DNA from: an uncultured Anaerolineae bacterium
GTDB taxonomy: Bacteria; Chloroflexota; Anaerolineae; CAYNKW01
Direction: 5' to 3'
Assembly (NCBI GenBank): GCA_964397845.1
Contig: CAYNKW010000001.1
Coordinates: 1 to 56,932 of the forward strand
DNA length: 56,932 nucleotides
Shown here: one piece after another, positions 44,134 through 52,308 of the stretch
Numbering within the stretch: the stretch's first letter is position 1
How the letters are laid out: every line of letters starts with the position of its first letter
Program-made: the position numbers and the translations under genes
The notes under the pieces: generated by a model
The model's database searches: none
Seen by the model: only the letters and a program-made list of their open reading frames with translations
What the model was told of the DNA's origin: nothing

Positions 44134-45930
44134 GTGCACAAACTGGTCCTGGTTCTTCTGCTCGCGGTCCTGGTGTCAACATCTCACACCGCACAACCTG
44201 TCGTCGGGGCTCAGGGAGAGGCTGTTCGCCGCGCGAACATCCCCTACTCTTCCGATGAGGTGAACTGGGCCCAAACTGCCATCCTTTGGTTTGGCCACAA
44301 CGAACAAGGTGTGCCTGGCAAGAATTACGCCGATGTCCGCCTGGCCTACACAGCCGAGGCGCTCCAGGTTCGCGTTGTCGTCGTGGACTACTATCTCTGG
44401 TACAAAGATAACCCGCCTCCCTCCGAGGACCTTACGCAGTATGACGCCGTTGTGATCTACCTGGACACTGGTTTCGATCGGGCAACAACGCCGCAAGCAG
44501 ACGACTACACCTTTCTGATCGGCGCCCACCACTGGCCCAACGAAAATGCGACCCAATACCGCCGCCAGAGCCGTGGCACTGGCGCAGGTTGGGATACCAC
44601 CTGGACTGGTGATTGGACCGACCACGAAGCAATGCAATGGTCGTGCAATCCCGGTCCCAATAGCAACGCGTGCGGCATAGATTATGGCTGGACAGCCATT
44701 TTCACCATCCCTTGGGAGACATTGGCACATTCGGGGCCGCCAGTCGAGGGGGCGCTGTGGGGATTGGGCGTGCAGCTCTACGACCGTGACGACCAACCGC
44801 CCGCTGGCTATGTCGCACCAGAGTACTGGCCAGAGGCTTTCGACGCTCACAGTCCCGTGACCTGGGGCGAACTTCACTTTGGCTATGCCGATTACCAGCC
44901 ACCCTCTGCTATCCCAGAGGGCACGACGACAATCCGCGCCGCCTCGCCGGAGGATAACACGGTCGAGGACGCGTGGATGGGCGGCGGTGGGATGTGCAGC
45001 GGGGGGCACAAGGGAGGCAGCGAGATCAACCACGGCGACGACACTGGTGTCTTTGTCGGCACCGAAACCGCTCCTACTCACTTTCCTTGCTTCAACAAGT
45101 CCTACCTGCGCTTCTCTCTCGAGGCCATCCCAGCGGGCAAAGTGATCATTTCTGCTACCCTCACACTCTATCATTGGGGCAACGCTGGCGAACCTGGCCA
45201 GGCACAGCCCTCGTGGGTGCATCTCTTCACCATCAGCGATCCGTGGGACGAGATGACCATTCACTGGAACAACGCACCGTTAGCGCAGGAGAACGTCGCC
45301 GCGACGTGGATTTATCCTATCACCTCGTCCCTTGATTTTCCGGGCAATCCCTATCATTGGGATGCGACCCAGGCCGTGGCCGTGGCCTACACCGCAGGCC
45401 AGCCGGCCAGTGTGGCTATCTATGGCTCCGACTCTGCCCAGCACAGCAGCAAGTACCTGGCCTCATCCGAAACCGGCGACGGGAGCGCGGAGGGGCGGCC
45501 TGTGTTGACCGTAGTTTGGGGTCAAGAACCCCAGCTAACCAAGTTTGCCCGGGTAGTCCCGCCTCCTTCCGAAACTGTGCTAAAGCTTGGTGGCACCATC
45601 ACGTATACGTTGCAGGCCTTGGGCTCCGGGCAAGCGCTGACTGTGACAGACGTGCTGCCTGCACAGGTCAGCCATCCGCTTACGTACACCGCTGGTAGCG
45701 GCTCCATGGCCTATGATTCAACCGCCCGCAAGCTGATCTGGATCGGAGCGCCAACGATGGGTCAGACCGTAACCATCACCTACCCCGTTACAGTGACGCA
45801 AAGCGGTACGTATGCCATCATCAACACAGCGAATTTGACTGCAGCCAACGGCAGCACATCCACGGCAAGCTTTATTGTCATCGTTGAACCAAAGCAGATA
45901 TTCTTGCCTTATGTCTTGAAACAGAAATGA
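44134..45930 (+). CDS. Exported carbohydrate-binding-like protein (CBM9-like N-terminus, DNRLRE-like module, DUF11-like C-terminus, conserved tail)
   Basis: GTG start and signal peptide MHKLVLVLLLAVLVSTSHTA. SYLRFSLEAIPAGKVIISATLTLYHW...WDEMTIHWNNAP. GGTITYTLQ...TVTDVLP. Ends EPKQIFLPYVLKQK-stop. Confidence 0.75.
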   Translation: MHKLVLVLLLAVLVSTSHTAQPVVGAQGEAVRRANIPYSSDEVNWAQTAILWFGHNEQGVPGKNYADVRLAYTAEALQVRVVVVDYYLWYKDNPPPSEDLTQYDAVVIYLDTGFDRATTPQADDYTFLIGAHHWPNENATQYRRQSRGTGAGWDTTWTGDWTDHEAMQWSCNPGPNSNACGIDYGWTAIFTIPWETLAHSGPPVEGALWGLGVQLYDRDDQPPAGYVAPEYWPEAFDAHSPVTWGELHFGYADYQPPSAIPEGTTTIRAASPEDNTVEDAWMGGGGMCSGGHKGGSEINHGDDTGVFVGTETAPTHFPCFNKSYLRFSLEAIPAGKVIISATLTLYHWGNAGEPGQAQPSWVHLFTISDPWDEMTIHWNNAPLAQENVAATWIYPITSSLDFPGNPYHWDATQAVAVAYTAGQPASVAIYGSDSAQHSSKYLASSETGDGSAEGRPVLTVVWGQEPQLTKFARVVPPPSETVLKLGGTITYTLQALGSGQALTVTDVLPAQVSHPLTYTAGSGSMAYDSTARKLIWIGAPTMGQTVTITYPVTVTQSGTYAIINTANLTAANGSTSTASFIVIVEPKQIFLPYVLKQK

Positions 45931-45988
45931 TCGTTAGTTGATATAGCTTGTGAGGTAGCTTTTCCCTAAAAGGGAGGGATTCATCATT

Positions 45989-47830
45989 ATGAAACGCCAC
46001 TCCAGGGTGCTGATAGTCATCGCTTTTGGCATCGTCTGCCTGACTGCCCTCGGACTGGCAATGACGACAGTCCCGGCCCTCAAATATCGTGTACGTGGAC
46101 TGTTGCAGCGAGTTGGAATCTTGCCTCCTCCGCTGCCCATCTACGAGGAGCCCATCGCACCCCCGGATCGTGTCACTGCCCGGCGGCTGGTGGTGGCCAC
46201 GCTACACGACGCTCTGGCGCGCAACGACTACGAGCAAGCAGCTATGCTCAATGCGACTCTCAGCCAGGAGGCGTTTCAACGCGCATACCGCACGCTCAAA
46301 GCGTGGGAAACAGTCCGCAATTCCAGGACAAGTTTAGTACCCTACGCTGTGTCACCTTTCCACAGGTTCTGGAACGGCAAGGACACTGCCGCTGACTTGT
46401 TTCCCCATCTGTTGATCGCCAGTTACTATCTTGACCCTGAAAACAAGGCGTTGTGGGTGCAGACCCTGGACGATGAGCGTGAAATCTGCGGAGCCCTGTC
46501 CTGTCGCATAGAACTCGAGTCGGGAAAAGTGGTGGAAGAAGACCTGGATACCAGGCTCTTTGGCACTTCCGAGTACGCCAAAGATGGACTTCTCGCCATT
46601 GCCGAGCGGTTCGGGCCAGGTCCCTGGTTCGACCGGATGAGCGAAGGGATAAATGCGATTCTCGGCGCCGCCTCCGTTGAAACGCAGGCTGGCCTGATCC
46701 CCTCCAACGGGACGGAAGCCAACGGGGAACTCTTGCAGGTTCTCGCCCGGCTGTATTGGGCCACAGGGAACGAACGCTACCTGCAAATGGCCGAACGCAT
46801 CGGTGAGGCCTATTTGTTTGAGATGTTCCCCAACAACCAGGGTCTGCCGGCGGACTATTGGGACTTTGAGGCTCAAGGTCCCCTGCGTGAGGACGAGCGC
46901 TTCCGCCCGCTTGCAGAAAGCGCCACGAAGGCCCAGCCTTTCCGCCTGACGGATCACGGCGGTGAGATTGTCCCCGGTTTGACCGAACTCTACTTTGTGG
47001 AGCGGATGCAAAACCGGCCCCAGGCCGACCGATATCAGGAGCCCTTGAAGCAGTTCCTGGACAGAATTCTCGTCACGGGCCGCACGGATGAGGGCCTGTG
47101 GTATAATAGTGTAGACGTGGATACCTTGGAGCCCTTTGACGATAATCTGGCGGACACGTGGGGATATATCCTCAATGGATTCCAGACGTTCGACTTGGCC
47201 GAGGGTACGGATCGTTACGCCACCGAGATCGAACGGGCGATGCGGGCAGCAGCCACCAAACATTCCATAAACTGGGAAGAGGGTCGGCAGGACGGCTATG
47301 CCGATGCCATCGAGTCCATGCTCTACCTTTTGCCCTGGTTCGATATCCCCGAGTGCCGTTACTGGGTGGACGACGAGATCGAGGTTCTGTTCCTCAAGCA
47401 GCGTTCCGACGGTTTTGTGGAAGGCTGGTACCTGGACGGCAACTTTGTGCGTACCGCTCTATTGTATGCCCATTACAAAACCCAGGGCCTCGGCCTGTAT
47501 CCCTGGCGAGAGGGCGTCCGGGTGGGTGCAGCCCTGGATGGTGAGAACGATACACTTTATGTGCATCTCGCTGCTCAAGAAGACTGGCAGGGCCGGCTGC
47601 GTTTTGACACACCGCGCCACCGGATCATCTGGAATCTGCCGGTTGAATACCCGCGCGTCAACGGGTTGTCAGAGTGGTATGTCGTCGAGCCCGAAAGCAT
47701 CTACCTGGTCACCGATCTCGATACCGGTGAGGTAAACGCCCACTCGGGACAGGAACTTGTGGAGGGACTGCCTGTCTACCTGGATGGTTCTCACGACAAC
47801 GTACTGCGCCTGACTGTAACGCAGAAATGA
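45989..47830 (+). CDS. Membrane-anchored hypothetical protein (possibly a helical-repeat/toroid enzyme), lacking the C-terminal tag
   Basis: AGGGAGGG Shine-Dalgarno. N-terminal TM VLIVIAFGIVCLTALGLAM. No motif I can name. Ends ...VLRLTVTQK-stop. Confidence 0.65.
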   Translation: MKRHSRVLIVIAFGIVCLTALGLAMTTVPALKYRVRGLLQRVGILPPPLPIYEEPIAPPDRVTARRLVVATLHDALARNDYEQAAMLNATLSQEAFQRAYRTLKAWETVRNSRTSLVPYAVSPFHRFWNGKDTAADLFPHLLIASYYLDPENKALWVQTLDDEREICGALSCRIELESGKVVEEDLDTRLFGTSEYAKDGLLAIAERFGPGPWFDRMSEGINAILGAASVETQAGLIPSNGTEANGELLQVLARLYWATGNERYLQMAERIGEAYLFEMFPNNQGLPADYWDFEAQGPLREDERFRPLAESATKAQPFRLTDHGGEIVPGLTELYFVERMQNRPQADRYQEPLKQFLDRILVTGRTDEGLWYNSVDVDTLEPFDDNLADTWGYILNGFQTFDLAEGTDRYATEIERAMRAAATKHSINWEEGRQDGYADAIESMLYLLPWFDIPECRYWVDDEIEVLFLKQRSDGFVEGWYLDGNFVRTALLYAHYKTQGLGLYPWREGVRVGAALDGENDTLYVHLAAQEDWQGRLRFDTPRHRIIWNLPVEYPRVNGLSEWYVVEPESIYLVTDLDTGEVNAHSGQELVEGLPVYLDGSHDNVLRLTVTQK

Positions 47831-47908
47831 GCTTCTGTTGGGCTATCCCTATGTGATGTCAATGCGAGCGCTCGAAGCACTAAAGAAAACATCAAAGGAG
47901 GTCAGGAT

Positions 47909-50227
47909 ATGACTAAACATTCTTGTCACATACATCATCCAGTCGATGATCACACACAGCCACTGGAGCATCGTCCACCGAACCGGTGGAAGCTCGCTTA
48001 TTGGGCTGTGGGTATCGGTTCGTTGATCTGGCTGCTATTGCGCAGCGGTACCAAGCCAAAGCGGCTGGCCTATCCCTGCCAGCGCGTCGCCGCGGCCAAC
48101 GGCCTGGGTTTCCTGGCTTACCTGGCATCTCTGCTGGGCTCTGCCAGTCTCCTCCGCCGTCTCAAAGAGGACTTTTCCCCAGGCCGGCTGGCTCTCCTCA
48201 TTGCCGGTCTGCTACTGACCGTCTGTTTGCAGGGCAGCACCACCGCCCCGGCGGTGCCTATCCTCGCCGACAGTCCCGATCTGCCGGGCTGGGTCTCTCT
48301 CACCGCCGTTTCGGACGTCTTTGTCATCACCAATGTGCCGGAGCCCCAATACAGCCTGAATGACGGCTCCATCCCCGGCGGCGTCTCAGCCGAGGAAGCC
48401 CTGCACGACGATGGCGTGGATGCCCTGGTCAATCTCATGGAAGCCCACGGTGACCACTTTTACAGGACGGCCGGGCACTCCGACGGTCTCTTTGGCTCTG
48501 ATGACGTGATCGTGATCAAGATCAATAACCAATGGGAAGGGCGGAACGGGACCAACACCGATGTCGTTAAAGGTGTGATCTACCGGCTGATCCAACACCC
48601 TGAGGGCTTTACCGGTGCGGTGATTATTGCCGAAAACACTCAGACCCATAATGCGGACTGGTATGATGAAGACAACAACAATTCGCAATTTCAAGACCAA
48701 TCGTACCAGGAAGTGGCCGATGCTTTTGCAGGTGAGGGATACCACGTTTGCACTTACGACTGGCGGAGCATCCGGCAAAACTTTGTGGGCGATTATGACA
48801 CCGGGGACAATGACAATGGCTACGTGCTAGACGCTGGAGACAACCGGCTGTCGTATCCCAAGTTTCAAGTAAATTGCAATGGAATGAACTTGCGGATTAG
48901 TATGCGGCAAGGTTTGTGGGATAGCTCGTCATTTGACAATGCACCGTTAAAGATGATCAACATACCTGTACTCAAACGCCACGGTTGCGCCTGGGCGACC
49001 ATTGCGGTCAAGAACTATTTGGGGTTTATCACGACGCACGACGGTATCGGACGTTGGAGCGGCGCAAGCGAGATGCACTGCTGGTTGTTGGGTCCCAGTG
49101 ACAACGGGCTTACGTGCACGCCGGAAAGTGAAGCTTATGGTTTGATCGCTCGCCAGATGGCCCACATCCGTCGCTCCGATTTGAACATCGTGGACGCAAT
49201 TTGGGTAAATCCAGTCGACAACGTCGGGTGGCACGGAGAAACCCGACGGCAGGATGTGCTGTTGGCCAGCCGTGATCCCTTTGCAGTGGATTATTATGCC
49301 TCAGACTATGTCTTATATCCGCTAGTGGAGCAATTTGGTTGGACATCCGAACCCGAGCAGGCCATGGCGAGCTATCACGATGGCTGGTTCCGCAACATCC
49401 AATTGCGTAACGTCGCCCGCCTGCGCGCTGAGGGCGTCACCGATACCATCAACATGGACGATAGCATGACCCGTAATGAGGAGTTGGCCCAATTCAACGT
49501 CTACGTCGCCGATACCACCGAGCCGACGCCCCCCCCGACTCCCACGTTAGCCCTGCAAGCGCCCAACGGTGGCGAGACGTGGGAGATAGGCACCCAGCAG
49601 CAAATTCAATGGTCATCCACCGGCGAGGTGGGGGACGTGCGATTGGACTATTCCACCGACGGGTTTAGCACTTCTCACTCCATCGTCTCCTCCATAACAA
49701 ACAGCGGATTGTACACCTGGACCATCTCCGACGACCCGTCCACCAATGTATTGGTGAGGGTGAGCAGCACACTCAGTGCCACCATCAGCGATACCAGCGA
49801 CGCCGCTTTCACTATCGCTGGACCGCACTCCTTTGAGGACTCGTTCAAGAGGGTGAGTCATGCTAGTCTGGAGGGTGGCGAGACGATCACCTACACCATC
49901 GTCCTTTACGAAGAAACCAGGGCCACGCTGGCACTAACGGATACCATTCCGTTGCCTTGTACTTACGTGCTCGGAAGCGCTGACATCGAACCTGCCTGGA
50001 AGGGCCCGGTGCAGGACACAGGGGGCATCTACTGGTCGGGCACCGTCACTGGCACAGTGCCGGTCACCATCACCTTCCAGGCGCAGGTACCGGTAACCGA
50101 CACGACTTGGGCGATCACCAACCGCGCCTTGATGTCCCGCGATGGTGTGGCACCGGTCGAACGGAGGGTCACATCCATTCTCAACGGCTTCTCGGCGTAC
50201 TTGCCCCTGGTGCTCAAGGGCTACTGA
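47909..50227 (+). CDS. Signal-anchored DUF362-like protein fused to an Ig-like module, a DUF11-like module and the conserved tail
   Basis: AAGGAGG Shine-Dalgarno. TM then LLRSGTKPKRLAYPCQ. DUF362-like VIVIKINNQW...GAVIIAENT and PVLKRHGCAWATIAVKNYLGF. PT linker TEPTPPPTPT. NGGETWEIGTQQQIQW module. Ends ILNGFSAYLPLVLKGY-stop. Confidence 0.75.
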   Translation: MTKHSCHIHHPVDDHTQPLEHRPPNRWKLAYWAVGIGSLIWLLLRSGTKPKRLAYPCQRVAAANGLGFLAYLASLLGSASLLRRLKEDFSPGRLALLIAGLLLTVCLQGSTTAPAVPILADSPDLPGWVSLTAVSDVFVITNVPEPQYSLNDGSIPGGVSAEEALHDDGVDALVNLMEAHGDHFYRTAGHSDGLFGSDDVIVIKINNQWEGRNGTNTDVVKGVIYRLIQHPEGFTGAVIIAENTQTHNADWYDEDNNNSQFQDQSYQEVADAFAGEGYHVCTYDWRSIRQNFVGDYDTGDNDNGYVLDAGDNRLSYPKFQVNCNGMNLRISMRQGLWDSSSFDNAPLKMINIPVLKRHGCAWATIAVKNYLGFITTHDGIGRWSGASEMHCWLLGPSDNGLTCTPESEAYGLIARQMAHIRRSDLNIVDAIWVNPVDNVGWHGETRRQDVLLASRDPFAVDYYASDYVLYPLVEQFGWTSEPEQAMASYHDGWFRNIQLRNVARLRAEGVTDTINMDDSMTRNEELAQFNVYVADTTEPTPPPTPTLALQAPNGGETWEIGTQQQIQWSSTGEVGDVRLDYSTDGFSTSHSIVSSITNSGLYTWTISDDPSTNVLVRVSSTLSATISDTSDAAFTIAGPHSFEDSFKRVSHASLEGGETITYTIVLYEETRATLALTDTIPLPCTYVLGSADIEPAWKGPVQDTGGIYWSGTVTGTVPVTITFQAQVPVTDTTWAITNRALMSRDGVAPVERRVTSILNGFSAYLPLVLKGY

Positions 50228-50294
50228 TGGGCTCACCGCTTTCCATCCACAGCAATGGTTCATCGGCCGCAGCGACCGGCATAGGAGTGGAGAT

Positions 50295-51053
50295 GTGGAC
50301 AGCGTGATTGCCTGGCTAGGCGGTACTCTCATTCAGTGGGCTTGTTGCATGGCTGTTGGCTTGCCCCTTTTCGTGGTAGCCGTCAGATCGGCACGCCTTC
50401 GCGGACGGGAGGTAAGCCTGTGTGTTCCGATTCAACTGGTCATCTTTTTTCTCATCAGCCTGGCCCTGACCCGATTGGAACCGATCTGGCCGTTTACCAA
50501 GAAACTTTGGCAAACGATGACCTTTGAGGCTATCTGGGCGCTGGTGTTCATTTTCGCCACACGCTCAGCCGCCAGGGCAGGATTGACGTTGCGCATCTCA
50601 TCGCGGGCATGGCGGGCCAGCATTGTGGTGACGGTCCTTTTGCTCTTGTTTGTAGCGCTTCGTAGATTGGCGATCAGGGTTGCTGGCATCGGACTGTCCG
50701 AAGGAACGCCCGTAGTGCTCGAATTCCTCCTGTATCAGTTAACCATGCCCGGCCTTGCCGAGGAACTCTCTTATCGAAGCGTGATCCAGCCTGGCCTGAA
50801 CGAGGTTCTGGGGCGACCCTGGAAGTTGCTGGGCGCTCAAGTCGGGTGGGGATGGGTGATCACGTCGCTGATCTTTTGGGCACCCCATGCCTTTCGGGTA
50901 GATGCCCAGATGCATTTGTCTTTCTACTGGCCGACGTTGACCATGCAATTGATCGCTGGCTTTGTCTTTGGCTGGCTTCGCGAACGTACCGGCAGTGTGT
51001 TTTCACCAATGCTCAGTCACAATCTCGTCAACGTTGTTTGGAGTTTGGTTTGA
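50295..51053 (+). CDS. CPBP-family (CAAX/Abi-type) intramembrane glutamic endopeptidase
   Basis: Motif 1 EELSYR (EExxxR), motif 2 FWAPH (FxxxH), motif 3 HNLVN (HxxxN), with multiple TM helices. The start is placed at GTG 50295 (AGGAG 7 nt upstream). ORF 50142 would overlap the upstream gene. Confidence 0.8.
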   Translation: MDSVIAWLGGTLIQWACCMAVGLPLFVVAVRSARLRGREVSLCVPIQLVIFFLISLALTRLEPIWPFTKKLWQTMTFEAIWALVFIFATRSAARAGLTLRISSRAWRASIVVTVLLLLFVALRRLAIRVAGIGLSEGTPVVLEFLLYQLTMPGLAEELSYRSVIQPGLNEVLGRPWKLLGAQVGWGWVITSLIFWAPHAFRVDAQMHLSFYWPTLTMQLIAGFVFGWLRERTGSVFSPMLSHNLVNVVWSLV

Positions 51054-51074
51054 GTAGGAACAGGGGGAAGCTGT

Positions 51075-52127
51075 TTGAGAAGGACAATTCCTCTCCTTCG
51101 TGGCCTGGCTATTCTGGGAGTAGTGCTCGCCCACACCAACTGGCACATCCTGTCGAAATTCACGGCAGGGGAGGCCCAGGGCTACCCTTTTTTAGTATTC
51201 GATGAAATGAGCAAGTTCTCCATCGTAGCGTTCATGTTCATCGCTGGCTATTTCATCGCCTATGCCACCAGTGGTGGCAAACGCGATCTGTCCTGGCAAG
51301 TCGTCCGCGCCCGGCTCGAAAACCTGTTGTGGCCCTGGTTACTATGGTCGGCCATTCACACGGTGGGACAGTCCTTTCTAGGACGGTCGATATCGCTGCT
51401 CGAGTTTCTGAACACCCTGATCATACACTACTACTTTATCCCCTTGCTGATCTTTTATTATCTGTTAGCCCCCATGATAGCCAGGTGGGCCAAGACCCGT
51501 CCCCGTGCGCTTCTCACCGGCGCGGTAGTGATTCAGTTCCTTGCTGTGGCCTTGTTCTACGCCCGGGCGTATCATCCAGACTTTCCCGGAGCGCTCAAGT
51601 CCTGGGTCGATCTGGGACCGTTGCAATATCTGCGGTTCGCGTTCTATTTTCCGTTCGGCGTCGTGTGTGGCATGTTCCCTCGCATGATCAAAGATCCCTT
51701 AAGACGGTTCGAGCGTATCTTGCCCTGGCTAACGTTGCTCTTGTTCGGTCTCTCGGTCTTGGAAACGACTGTGGCCTACAATGTGGGGGGCAAGGTCTGG
51801 CCCATAGGAGGTTTCCGGACCAAGTTCTCCTCGGCCTTGTTCTCCACAGCTCTTATTCTGTGCTTTGTAGTCTCTGACAAGCTGTCGGTGCCGTTTGGCC
51901 GCGTCGTCAGCAAATTGGGCACACACTCATACGGGCTTTACCTCTGCCACTATCCCTTCTTGGGCATCATCGCCAAAGTGATCAGATACATCGCGCCGTG
52001 GGTGTCCTCTCAGGGATGGCTATTCCTCCCCTTGTTGTTTGTCCTGGCCATTGTGCTTTCGATGCTGTTAATGGAAGGCGTGGCCAGGTTACCCACTAGA
52101 CGATTCTATCGTTACTTGTTTGGCTAA
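51075..52127 (+). CDS. Acyltransferase family 3 (OafA/WecH-like O-acyltransferase) membrane protein
   Basis: IPLLRGLAILGVVLAHT N-terminal signature, about 10 TM helices, SYGLYLCHYPFL. TTG start with GGGGGAAG upstream. Confidence 0.8.
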   Translation: MRRTIPLLRGLAILGVVLAHTNWHILSKFTAGEAQGYPFLVFDEMSKFSIVAFMFIAGYFIAYATSGGKRDLSWQVVRARLENLLWPWLLWSAIHTVGQSFLGRSISLLEFLNTLIIHYYFIPLLIFYYLLAPMIARWAKTRPRALLTGAVVIQFLAVALFYARAYHPDFPGALKSWVDLGPLQYLRFAFYFPFGVVCGMFPRMIKDPLRRFERILPWLTLLLFGLSVLETTVAYNVGGKVWPIGGFRTKFSSALFSTALILCFVVSDKLSVPFGRVVSKLGTHSYGLYLCHYPFLGIIAKVIRYIAPWVSSQGWLFLPLLFVLAIVLSMLLMEGVARLPTRRFYRYLFG

Positions 52128-52152
52128 TACAGCGCACATAGCTCCAACCTCG

Positions 52153-52208
52153 TTCTAATCATTTTCTAACAATTCTCTTACCTCCCTCTAACCATTGAGT
52201 GATACAAT
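52153..52208 (+). promoter_or_regulatory. Phased direct-repeat operator plus extended -10 promoter (copy B) upstream of the giant adhesin
   Basis: TTCTAAT 52153-52159, TTCTAAC 52164-52170, CTCTTAC 52175-52181, CTCTAAC 52186-52192 (11-bp period). After 10 nt comes TGaTACAAT (TG 52200-52201, hexamer 52203-52208). The offsets are identical to copy A. Confidence 0.45.
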
Positions 52209-52211
52209 GAT

Positions 52212-52250
52212 GACGCGGCTGTCCGCAAGACAGGCGCGTCCGTGCTTTTC
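52212..52250 (+). promoter_or_regulatory. Leader stem-loop followed by a U-run (possible attenuator or 5' stabiliser)
   Basis: GACGCGGCTGTC (52212-52223)/GACAGGCGCGTC (52229-52240) form a 12-bp stem with one mismatch and a CGCAA loop, followed by CGTGCTTTTC. It lies immediately downstream of the predicted -10. Confidence 0.3.
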
Positions 52251-52308
52251 AAACATCATGCCAGACATCATCAGTCGGAACAGCACGAGAAGTTGGAGGG
52301 TGATAACA

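Noticed and set aside
44176-47263. - strand ORFs 44176..45264 (362 aa) and 46352..47263 (303 aa)
   Set aside because: They are antisense to + strand genes that have signal peptides, Shine-Dalgarno sites and recognisable modules. No motifs are visible in the - frames.
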